DNA from: Yuukianura sp. NJ FZ-2021
Taxonomy: Eukaryota
Direction of reading: 5' to 3'
NCBI GenBank assembly: GCA_046563655.1
Contig: CM102288.1
Span: 558,001-622,000, forward strand
Length of the DNA: 64,000 nucleotides
The position numbers and the translations under genes are program-made. The notes under the pieces are model-generated. The model was not told where the DNA came from and did not search any database. It saw nothing but the letters and a program-made list of their open reading frames with translations. Positions 52,618 through 64,000 of the stretch are shown here, piece by piece. How positions within the stretch are numbered: the stretch's first letter is position 1; every line of letters begins with the position of its first letter.

Positions 52618-54435
52618 ATGTTGAAAGGCAAAGAAATTGGGTACAAACAGCAAAGTTTTGAGGATTCTTCGTCTGAAGAGGACGAGGTCAAGGTTTCACC
52701 GAAGGCACGGGCATCGGAACAACTCAATTTGACAAGCAAGTCACACTGACATCAGTTTCTTGAAAATGAAATTTTGAAAAATAAGAAATCAAAAATCTTG
52801 ATTTAAAATGTCTTGTTTTTGTTAGATGCAGCCGATTTTGGAAATTCCCCGACTGGACGAGTAAAAGTTCAAGTTCAAAAGATTCCGCGTAGTAGCGTTC
52901 CAGAACATTCGACAGATACGGATAATGGCTGCTGTCCAAAAGCGTGTTACTCAACAAAATGTGCTGTGACTGGAACTGTCATGACGCTGATCGTTACTAT
53001 AATTTTGATCGTGACCCTTGACCTCGCAATTTTCGGAGCGGAACGATACGGTCATCGACGTCCTTATGTCATTGACGAAACGAATACGACGCTTGTCAAG
53101 TTCGAACTGAACGGTACAAGATCCGGATCCAGTAAGGTATTCGTCGCTTTTGAAGCGATTCCATCCAGCGACCGAGAGCAACTTGAGTCTATTGAGCTCA
53201 ACTTTGTTAAAGTCGGCATTCCCGAATTGGCGGAAACGTTGGACTATGCTTGGTATTTCAAAAATTTGAAAAACTTGACCCTGAGCAACGTTTGGCTCCA
53301 AGGGGTCATGCCTTGGGAAAACTACAAACGCTATAACGTTCCGAAGGGACTCGAAAACTTTCATCTTGCAGTCATTCGAGATATTGGACGAGATGAAGGA
53401 TTTACGCTGGATTTGTGTAACACATGCACTGGCAGCGATTTTAACCCGATTTTAGCAAATCGCTTCAACATTTCGTCGATTCTGCAGCGTCATTGTATCG
53501 AATCGCTGCTGTTTCTGAAAAGACCAAGCGATTGGGCTGGAAGTTTGGCAGAATTGAACTATAACTATTTTTTGTCCGTCTGGGGCTGGACACTTCTAAG
53601 TCTCAACAATGTCACAGGCGAAGTGACCTCTACGCTTCCTTACAGTGACGAACTTATTCGGAATGTCACAAGGTCACCCAGATTTGGCCCCTCGGGGGTC
53701 AAGGTCATTCGATTGAGAAATGTCAAGGTCAACGTGTCCACCATCGTGTCACTCCCTCCGACACTTCAAGTCCTCCATTTGGACAATGTTGACCTTGAGG
53801 GGTTTCAAGGTCAAAGAATCTCTTCAATTTTGAAAACTTTTACTTCTCTGGAAGAATTAACTCTCAAATTCAGTCGTTTCCAGGATTCCAGTCCGCCAAA
53901 ATTTGAAATCTGGCTGGATGACCTCCCGGGGTCACTCAAAAGTTTGACCTTGGCAAATGTCATACTCCAAGTTCAGCCAAACAGCTCAGCCAACTTTCAC
54001 TTGACAGATCTTAACATCTTTGGAGCCCATTTGCAAAATGACGACTTTTTGGAAAATTTTTCAAAATATTTCAAAGTAAAGAGGATCGCTTGGCAAGTTG
54101 AAAAATTTAGTGGATCGCCAACAAAAAGGAGTTCGTGGCTCAGCGTTTTGGTGGCTCTGGCCATGGCGGATCCGGATTCGATATATTTAGACAAAAATGG
54201 ATCGGTTCGCTTGTCTCCAACGGCCCCACCACTCAAATTGATCCAACTCATTCCACCGTTGACCTTTGACCTTGGCACAAAAGCCATCACGCTATCAAAG
54301 AGAGTTCCAAATTTGGAGTTTTTGGGCCACGCCCCCACGGGGGTCATTGACTCTTCGCCGACATCTACTTGGTTCAAACTGCTCAAAGTTAATGCATTTT
54401 TAGACGACAAATTTATGTTGGAGTACAATTGGTAA
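52618..54435 (+). CDS. Type II membrane protein with a large leucine-rich, N-glycosylation-site-rich ectodomain
   Basis: Short first exon (GC donor at 52736) joined in frame to a 540-aa ORF; TM VMTLIVTIILIVTL; LxxLxL repeats. Confidence 0.7.
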
Positions 54436-54801
54436 AACTCAAAGATGTTTAAACTTGAGAGGCAATATTAGTTCTTATTACATTTATTTTAAAATGTAAT
54501 TATATTAAATTACAATTATGTTAAAATATAATTAAAACTTAATTGTTACTTTACAAAAGCATAACTTTGACCTCCCCTGCTGTTACTCCGTGTTTCTTTT
54601 TTAAACAAGAACACAAGATCTATTTCTGTCGTTTTTGGCTCAGAGTCATAAAAACCATAAGAATCTTGTCTCACCAAAACAAACAGGAAACTGTGGAGAT
54701 CCAACTATTTTTGGTGTCATCTTACGCTAGAAAGTTCTGGTAGATTTCAACTGCCTAAAAAAAGTTAATACTGGCATGATTTGACCTTTGACCTCTTCAA
54801 A

Positions 54802-57800
54802 ATGTGTCGTGCAGAAACACTTCCAAAGTACTTGGTAATTTTAATCTTACTGGTAATTCATGTCGAATCAGCACTACATCAACCGCAAACGGTAAAACTC
54901 GGTAAGCTAAAAAAATTTCAATTCATCAAAAATGTGAACAATTTAATTTTTAAATGTTCAATTTACATTTAACAAGTAAAGCATTTTAACAAGAAAATCA
55001 ACAGGAAGTGGAATTTTTATGATGTGGAATTTTTGGTCAAATTTTGCACATCTTGCCAAAAAAAAAATTTAGTTAGTCATTTCTGAGAACTGCTTTCTCT
55101 TTTTTTAATTTCTGGCTTTGTATCAAAAATGTGGTTGCAGTAAACTCTAAATATGCTTATTGTAACCACCATTATAATGCATGGAAATTAAAAATAATAA
55201 TTTAATATTAATATTAATTAATTAAATATTAATGTTTATTAATTTATTATATTTTGTTGTTTACATGTTAAAGGTGGAATGTTTGACATTTGGGATCCTT
55301 ATGAAGAAACGGCTTTTCTCCATGCTGCTGACAGGGTCAATTCAGATCAAAATGCTTTTAAGATGTTCAACATTGGAGCGATGCTAGAAAAAGTTCAAAG
55401 GGGAGACTCTTACAATGCATCTAAACAAGGTTCGAACAAGTTTTTAAAACTTTTCAAAATCCAAATTTTGAAAAATTTTGGATTTTGGTTTTTCAGTCTG
55501 TAAGTTACTTCAAGAAGGCATTGCTGGCATAATCGGTCCACAAACTCCTGTGACTGCAAGTCACGTTCAATCCGTGTCTGAAGTTTTTCATATTCCGCGT
55601 ATTGAAACGAACTGGGACTTTAGGGGCAACCGAAGCCGAGGGCAGTTCCTCATCAACTTGTATCCACATCCGGCAACACTCAGCAAGGTTTCAAAATTTT
55701 GAAAAGTTTACAAAAATTCAAAAATTTTGAAACTTTATTCCTCATTTCATTTATTTTAGGCGTATGCTGATGTTATTCGAGACTTCGGTTGGTCTGAAGT
55801 GATTATAATTTATGAAAACAACGAGAGCTTGATTCGACTTCAAGGAATTTTCGAATTAACGGGAGATGTTATCAAGCAGTACGTTGTCAAATTGCTTCCA
55901 AACAACGAAGAAGGTGACGATTTCAGGTAAAATTTTGAATTTCGAAATTTTGAAAACCAACTTTTTCAAAAATTATCAACCAAAATTTACAAAAATAGAC
56001 CGTTGATGAAAGATTTAAAGACAAACTTCCACTCAGTCAATCACATCATTCTGGACTGTCACACGTCCAAGCTGCGTCGGATTTTTGAAGATGCCAAAAC
56101 CGAGAACATGTTGACGCATGCCCATGAGTACTTTTTGACCTCACTGGACATCCATATTCTGGATCCAAGTGACGAGGCATTTCAAAATGTGAATATCACG
56201 GCCTTCCGACTAGTCGATCCAGCAAATCCGAAGTTACAGGGCATTCGGGAGTCGTGGAATGTCAACTCGGCTTTAGTCGGAAAACGAGCAGATTTCTCCG
56301 GACAAGATCCGTTCCGCGTACCACGGCACAAATATGACTCCAACTCGTTTCCGAATTTAACACTAGACATGTTCATGGTAAAGTTCAAAAACTACTTTTC
56401 AAAAACTAGTTTTCAAAAAAGTCGTGTTGTTTTAAACTTTGAAGGTCGATACGGCCCTGATTTATGACGCGGTGGAACTGTTCGCTTCGGGACTCGATAA
56501 ATTTTCCAAGGAATTGAGGCAAGAGTTGCAAACTGAAGTGCTCGACTGTGACTTTTTTCCAATTCGTTACTGGAGTCAAGGACATGAATTTATGAAAGCA
56601 CTGAAAGATGTAAATTTCGATTAATTTCAATCGATTACAATCCGTTTTAGCCAATTTACCTCCGCGTGACCTCTGATTACTTCAATTATTGACCTTTCAT
56701 GACCTTTGACCTTACTATTTAATAGGTGACATTCCAAGGGGTCAGCGGCGACATTCGAATTGACGACGACGGGAAACGCAGAAAATTCAAAATGGAAGTC
56801 GTGGAGTTGACAAATAACGTATAGTTTTTAATTTTTTTTTTCAAAATTTTTCAAATTGGTTCAAAATTTTGAAAATTTGGAAGAAAAAGTTTTTTTTTAG
56901 AATATCACTGTGGTTGGGGTATGGAGTTCGTTGGGACAACGACAGAACTTGAATTGGACCAGAGATGAAAGCGAAACGCTGAAATTCCAAATTCAAGTAC
57001 TGAAAGGACAAACTTTTATTGTAACAACGAAAGAGGTTTTGAACAAAAAACGAAGCAACTCATTAAAATTATGTAACTTACTTTCTGATATTTCCATTTT
57101 TTTTTCAGAGTCTGCCTTATATAACGTTTTTTGAAAATGGGACGACTCCCGAAGGCTACAGCGTGGACTTGATCCAGAAACTTGCAGAACAACTTGAATT
57201 TAACTACGTTTTTAAAAAAGTTGATGACGGGAAAATGGGATCACCCGATCCGAGTTCCAAACACGGATGGAATGGACTCATTGGCGAAATTCTGGAAGAT
57301 GTAATGCTCACTTTTCGAGAAAAAAAAAAGAGAGAAAAGAAGAAGCTAAATTCAAAAATTTAAGCACAATGAAATTCTGTTGACGATGTATTTTCAGAAA
57401 GCTCAATTGGCCATAGGTGACATGAGCATCACTTCTGCTCGAGCTAGTGCGGTAACAGAATTTCGAAAATTTTGAAATGAAGAAGTAAAGAATTTTGAAA
57501 TTAACTTTTGTTGTTACTTATAGATTGACTTTTCGTTGCCGTTTATGAACATTGGAATCAGCATTTTGTACATGAAACCAGAGAAACGTGCTCCAAATCT
57601 ATTTTCGTTCTTGGATCCATTTCACTACGAAGTTTGGATCTACATGGCCACAGCCTACCTTGGCGTCTCCCTCACTCTGTTCATTTTGGCACGGTAAAAG
57701 AAACCCAAATTTTGAACAAAATTTTTAAATTTTCGAAATGTTCAAAAAAAAACTTTCGTAGAATTGCGCCCTCCGAGTGGCAAGTGACCTCCAGCGGAAG

Positions 57801-59972
57801 TAGCGACGAAGAAGTGCTAGAGAATCCCTTTAGTTTGATAAATATCCATTGGTTGGTCATGGGGTCACTCATGACAGCAGGATGCGACATATTGCCCAAG
57901 TAGGTCACCCCCCCCCCCACTGTTGACCCCCCCCTCCTACTGGTGACCCCCCTCCTACTGGTGACCCCCCTCCTCCTACTGGTGACCCCCCCTCCTCCTA
58001 CTGGTGACCCCCCCCCTCCTCCTACTGGTGACCCCCCCCCTCCTCCTACTGGTTACCCCCCCCCCCCTGCTGACCTTTATTTGCATTTTGGTGCGAATTC
58101 TAAACTGAGTTTTCGCGGTGTTTCACTCTTGCACGTAACCTACCCCGACCCGGCACCCGGCACGGGAATTACGGAATTTTCTCGAATTTGTCCCCTTCTC
58201 GATTACAATCAATCAGAACACTAAGGCTAAGGGATTGACCAAAAAATAAGCGCCTGTATCCCAATTTTGTGAAATTTTACGGTAACTTTCTGTGTTTGGC
58301 AGAATTACACCCTATGAATGGTTGAATCCGCATCCTTGCATTGAATCTCCCGATGAATTGGAGCTTACGCTGCATCTCGTCAACAGTTTATGGTTCACAA
58401 CTGGAACGCTTATGCAACAAGGAAGTGATATCGCCCCTAAGTAAGCCCTTAACTGTCTGCCCAGTAGTGAACTTAACTCAATGACCTTTGACCCCGCATG
58501 ACCCCACTTACCTCAAAACCTCCCTTATTTGCTTATTTGACCTTGTTCTGGAATTCCAGGGCCGGGTCAACTCGGTTGGTGGCTGGAAGCTGGTGGTTCT
58601 TCACTCTCATTGTGATTTCATCCTACACTGCCAATTTGGCAGCATTTTTAACGAGTGAAGGCATGGTTGAAGGCATCAGGGACATCAAAGATCTTCCCAA
58701 ACAAACAAAAGTCAAATACGGAACCCTTTTTTCAGGAACAACGCGAGACTTTTTCCGCGTAAGTATTTCGCGACGTGAAAATGTAGCTTGATATGCTAAA
58801 AATATTTAGTTCCCATGCCTGTAATGTTAACAAAATCAATATTTTGGGCTTTTTTATTACTAAATATTTATTGATTTTCCCATGCCCTTAATGCTAATTA
58901 ACTAAATATTTTGAGGTTTTCGATGAAAAATATTTAATATTTAAATATTTCGCGGGTTTTTAGTAAATATTTTTAGCATGTCTATGATAACCTTGAGCTT
59001 GGATGTTTCCAGGATTCGACGTTTCCGTTGTACGCAGAAATTGGAAAGAATATGGAGGGCATGTCTCCCTTGCCGCATGTGGAATCTACAAAGAAAGGTG
59101 TGGAGAAAGTACTTGCGTCCAAAGGAGAATTTGCGTTTTTCATGGAATCTGCTGGAATTGAATATGCAACGGAACGGGAGTGTTCTTTAGTTCAACTTGG
59201 AGTTCCGTTGGATTCAAAGGGATTTGGAATTGGATTTAGAAAAGGTAAAACAAACAAAAAATCAAAATTTTGATTTTTAGAAGTTAAGTTTTTGTTTTCA
59301 GGTTTCAAGTTCAGAAATGCCTTCAACATACAGTTGCTAAACATGTCACAGAATGGAGAATTGGAGACACTTAAAAACAAATGGTGGAGCTCACACGAGA
59401 AAGGAGGTGGAAAATGCAAGGTAAAATTCCATTTTTTGTAAAATTTTTGTACTTTTTCAAATTTTGTGAAAAGAGAGGAAATTGAAATTGTGTGTGAATT
59501 ATTTGAACGTATAGACAGAAAAGTCTTCCGATTCGGGAGCTAAACCTTTGACCTTGGGTCACGTGGGAGGTGTATTCGTTGTTCTGCTTGGTGGGTGTAT
59601 CACGGCGGTGATCGTGGGAATTCTTGAATTCATGTGGAAAGCAAGAAAACTTCGTAAAGAAGTTCAGGTTTGTCAAAAAAAAAAATTTACGCAACAGAAA
59701 AAAACCTATTCACGAAATGAGCAAAGATTATTTTCTTCTTGTTATAACTTCCAAATGTCATTTAACTTTTTTTGTAGAGTTCCTACTGGTCAGAAGTTTG
59801 GAAAGAATTGAAATTTGCACTTCAGTGTCAAAATGAATTTAAACCAATCAAGAAGTCTCTGAGCATGAATCCTACAATGCAAAGTGAAAGTGTGCCTTAC
59901 CTGGCGTTTAACAATGGTGGAGGAAATGGGAACCCATCAGAAAAAAGTGTCACTGGTAACATCGAGTCATGA
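54802..59972 (+). CDS. Kainate-type ionotropic glutamate receptor subunit with two alternative pore-loop exons
   Basis: ATD (GIAGIIGP), [69 protein letters not shown]. Confidence 0.93.
57904..58072. repeat. C-rich minisatellite (CCTCCTACTGGTGACCCCCC-like) in an iGluR intron
   Basis: About 7 imperfect units directly after the exon A donor site. Confidence 0.85.
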
Positions 59973-60159
59973 AACTTATCGTTAGTGTTAGAATTTTCCT
60001 AGTAAAGTTATGTTGAATTTCTTTTAGAAACCACCGATTGAAAAAATACAAATTAGTGCATCAAAATGGGAGTTTAAAATTCTAATAGTTTAGTTTTAAA
60101 AATTACTAAAAATCGGAATTTATTTGTCAATTTTTTTTAAACTTTGAGTTGAGTTTGAG

Positions 60160-60930
60160 TTAGTTGGAAATTTTAGCTCCCAAGTCTTGAATTTTGGAAT
60201 GGACGAGTGACCTTTGACCTTTGAATTCCATTTCACAGTATTTGGATAGAACAATCAGACATTCGTACTCTACTGTTGAGGTCATCAGTGTTGAATGGCC
60301 TTCATTTGTTTCTTTTGCCCAAAATTCGGTTTCTTCGAAAGTGATTACTGTCGAATGATTAAAATAATTTGTTTTTCATTCTCAAAATTTAATTTTAAAG
60401 AAGTTTAATCTAGGAATTGAATACAATACTAACGTGCAAATAATTGTGACTTACATGTACTTCCAAGTACGTGTGTGATGTGTTCTGAAACAATGCGAAA
60501 TGGTTGACCTTGACCTTTTGAGTAACTTCTGTACATTGCAGTGGCTTCGTGCGTCACAGAAGGGAAATATACCAAATGCTCTTTGTATAAAACTTCAAAT
60601 TCCGTTTCTAGAAGCGTCTTCTCCTCAGCATTCAGTTGATCTTTGCTGTTTTCCCGAACTACCGTGTAGGAAATACTAAAATTGAAAAGGAAATTCTAAA
60701 TTTTGGAAATTTTGTTTAAATGTTTCCACAATTTAACTTTTTTAAACTTGCATTGTAGGATTGAGCGTCATCAGCGTTTTGAAATTTGACATGAGAGTCC
60801 AGAGACGCTCTGGATCCAAGTTACGAACTTCCAGTTCCAACTGATGCTTGTACTTTCCTTTTTTAGTGAAAATCCAACCAATCAAAACAGCCGTCAGTAG
60901 AATCAGAAGCAGTTTCGTTTTTGTCAACAT
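60160..60930 (-). CDS. Small membrane-anchored SRPBCC/START-like protein, 3 exons
   Basis: N-terminal hydrophobic helix; DPERLWTLMSNFKTLMTLNP resembles the SRPBCC N-terminus; frame continues to a stop at 60160. Confidence 0.55.
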
Positions 60931-61417
60931 TTTTTAAAAAATGGAAAAAAATGAAGAAACTAAATTGTGTATTCCAATGTGTTGAACAGTCGGACAGGCA
61001 ATGACAATTCACAAAGAAAATTTAAGTAAAGCATAAGAAAAAGTTTGCGGCTGATAGAAATCTTGAATCTGTTTAAAAAACATTTCGAAACTCCTTTTGT
61101 CACTTTTGTGTAAAAACAGGAATTCAAATTTCAACCCTTCTTGACTTTTTCACACCAAAGAACAAAAGATTGGAATTTTAGTGCCGGTTTTCTATTTTTG
61201 AAAAGCGTTAAATTGTTTTTGGAAAAGAACAGAGAAAAAGTTGCATTCAAAGTCGTCGGCCTTTGGTTGCATTTATTGCTGTTGAATAACTTAACTTTTT
61301 GTTTGTACTTTAGTAAAAATTTTGAATTCGAATTTTGAATTTTCCAAGTCATTGTGTCGAAATAGAAATTTTAGTAAATTCGTCGTGATTTCTGGCGATG
61401 CGATGACCTCTCTTGAC

Positions 61418-63669
61418 TTACACATGGTATGTCAATCCGCTTGACGTGGCACTTTGTGTCGAAAGTCTTCTGAGAACTGATCGGTCGTGCTTTGAAATCC
61501 GGCGATTGAGTTCTTCTAACTCGTTGTATTTCCTAATATAAAAAGTTGTGTTTTAAATTATAATAAACCAGGATGTGCTTAGTGGGGCTTCGCCCAAGAC
61601 CTGCTCAACTGTATTAATTTTTTAACCTATTCTGGAATTTTTTAAATTTCCATAAAAAAGGAAAATGCACTGTACTGAATTTGTTAGCCTAATCCTGACT
61701 TTTTCCAAAAGTCCTTCTGTAGAAAGTTAGAAGGTGTGATGGTGTTTTTAAAAATCAATATTTTGGAATTTTTTAAATTTCCATAAAAAAGGAAAATGCA
61801 CTGTAGTGAATTTGTTAGCCTAATCCTGACTTTTTCCAAAAGTCCTTCTGTAGAAAGTTAGAAGGTGTGATGGTGTTTTAAAAAAACAATATTTTGGAAT
61901 TTTTTAAATTTCCATAAAAAAGGAAAATGCACTGTAGTGAATTTGTTAGCCTAATTCTGACTTTTTCCAAAAGTCCTTCTGTAGAAAGTTAGAAGGTGTG
62001 ATGGTGTTTTGAAAAAACAATATTTTGGAATTTTTTAAATTTCCATAAAAAAGGAAAATGCACTGTAGTGAATTTGTTAGCCTAATCCTGACTTTTTCCA
62101 AAAGTCCTTCTGTAGAAAGTTAGAAGGTGTGATGGTGTTTTAAAAAAACAATATTTTGGAATTTTTTAAATTTCCATAAAAAAGGAAAATGCACTGTAGT
62201 GAATTTGTTAGCCTAATCCTGACTTTTTCCAAAAGTCCTTCTGTAGAAAGTTAGAAGGTGTGATGGTGTTTTTAAAAATCAATACTTTGGAATTTTTTAA
62301 ATTTCCATAAAAAAGGAAAATGCACTGTAGTGAATTTGTTGGCCTAATCCTGACTTTTTCCAAAAGTCCTTCTGTAGAAAGTTAGAAGGTGTGATGGTGT
62401 TTTGAAAAAACAATATTTTGGAATTTTTAAATTTCCATAAAAAAGGAAAATGCACTGTAGTGAATTTGTTGGCCTAATCCTGACTTTTTCCAAAAGTCCT
62501 TCTGTGGAAAGTTAGAAGGTGTAATGGTGTTTTGAAAAAAACAATATTTTGGAATTTTTTAAATTTCCATAAAAAAGGAAAATGCACTTTAGTGAATTTG
62601 TTAGCCTAATCCTGACTTTTTCCAAAAGTCCTTCTGTAGAAAGTTAGAAGGTGTGATGGTGTTTTAAAAAAACAGTGTTTGTTAAGTTTTTAAATTTCCA
62701 TAAAGAAGGAAAATACGTGTTAGACAATTAAAATTCGAGAGTATGGGAATCAAATAGTAACAATGAAATTTCCGAATTGAATCTCAACTGAAACCTCTCA
62801 TTTAGTATATAATGGTGGATTAAATAAAGTATATTAAGCATTTTTAAGTAGTTACCTGTCAGAAATGACGTATTGGTGACTGAGTGTTTGCCAGTAGAAG
62901 ATGATGCTGACAATACAGATCAACAGAAGTACTGGGATCATGATGAACGTTATGCACATTGCCGGTGCTGTGTTGAATTTGATCCAGCCCAACAGTACTA
63001 CGTCCACAATGAACAGGAATATTGACACTGAGTTGGCCAAAACCTTGAGAAATTACACAAACTTTTCGGCAAATACTTTAATTTTTTTTTAGAATTTGTT
63101 AAATTTTTACCCAAGCTAGGTCAATATAAAAAATGAGAAGATTGTGCGGTGACTGAGCGGCCAACTTGATAGAATTGACCTTCGCAATTGCTTCAATATG
63201 TGGAAGCAGACAAGTACAGATCATTATGGACTGAAATTCGAAAAACATAAAATTTTGAACCCGAATCTCAAAAAATTTCAAAATTTTCCAAAAATCTTAC
63301 CAACAAACAAGCACTGACGAGCAGCGATGTCGTAATTACAAAAGCCGACAGTAGGAACTCATTCGTGTCAGGTTGAATCTGCAGTTCAACCGTCGCTACG
63401 ACCGAGAATCCTGCCATTCTGAAAACCAAAATTTGAAAAAAATTCAAAAATCTGAAGAAAAAAAATTTCAAAATCTTTCTTTCAAAATATCTCCAAAAAT
63501 CTTACAGTGCCGCAATTTCCGTTACACCTTTGAGCTTTGCCTTGCTCAACTGCAGGCGTCTCCAAATCAATTGTTCAGGCTCCGTTTTGTCATCGTCTAA
63601 ATTTTCCACTTCCCGCCCCAATTCGTCCAAAATGTCCAGTCCAATGCCCCTGTCCATGTCCATTTTCAT
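61418..63669 (-). CDS. Orai: Divergent Orai (CRAC) calcium channel subunit, 5 exons
   Basis: WRRLQLSKAKLK; TM1 AALMAGFSVVATVELQ; TM2 MICTCLLPHIEA; TM3 LFIVDVVLLGWIKF; TM4 IMIPV; C-terminal ELEEL. Confidence 0.9.
61634..62712. repeat. Tandem repeat of ~131-bp unit, about 8 copies, in the last Orai intron
   Basis: Units start at 61634, 61765, 61896 and onward; near-identical, with no spacers. Confidence 0.95.
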
Positions 63670-64000
63670 CCACTACACTGTCACTTCTACACTAATTGCG
63701 CAGATCCTGATTCTAACTTCTGCGCACCTCCACTTCCATCCTGTTGACCTCCGTGACCTCAGATTTAGATTTCCACTTTAGTAAAATTTCAAAGTCTCAA
63801 AATTCCCCTTGACCACACACTCAAACTCCGTCTTGGCTTTTCTACCAGGAAAAAACTGTAAATTGTCAAAATTGACAAAATAGAGCACGGTTGTGGTTTG
63901 TAGGTTAATTGACCATTAAATTCAAACTAAACTGCGCCTGTACTTAAGAAACAAACAAGACTCAAAATAAATGCAAAGTTTAGCTTAGAAGTTGAGTTCC

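Noticed and set aside
57943..58224. Poly-proline ORF
   Set aside because: Translation of the intronic C-rich minisatellite
61634..62712. CRISPR array
   Set aside because: Long contiguous units with no unique spacers, inside a eukaryotic intron

Overview
Gene-dense eukaryotic DNA with short AT-rich introns. Gene content (kainate-type iGluR, Orai, eIF3d, CEP131) indicates an arthropod; a soil hexapod such as a springtail is my inference and cannot be proven from this window. I can read about 25 spliced genes by eye: two RING-H2 E3 ligases, CEP131, two tandem GH29 fucosidases, an EXTL2-like GT64, an intron-containing BadF-kinase/MurQ-etherase fusion of bacterial type, a copper amine oxidase, two RIIa docking-domain genes, a sterol C5-desaturase array, two secreted beta/gamma-crystallin + ricin-lectin genes, eIF3d hosting three H/ACA-like snoRNAs, an iGluR, an SRPBCC-like gene and a divergent Orai. 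There is also a HINE/Helentron-like element, a CRE-like retrotransposon 3' end and several tandem repeats. The most notable observations are: (1) two same-length, same-phase pore-loop exons in the iGluR (MTAG vs MQQG at the Q/R site); (2) a MurNAc kinase-etherase fusion that could salvage bacterial peptidoglycan sugar; (3) an Orai with natural substitutions at the H134, R91 and E190 equivalents; (4) pervasive AGGTCA(A)AGGTCA motifs that also shape protein sequence. All exon structures and homologies were judged by eye; no database searches were run.
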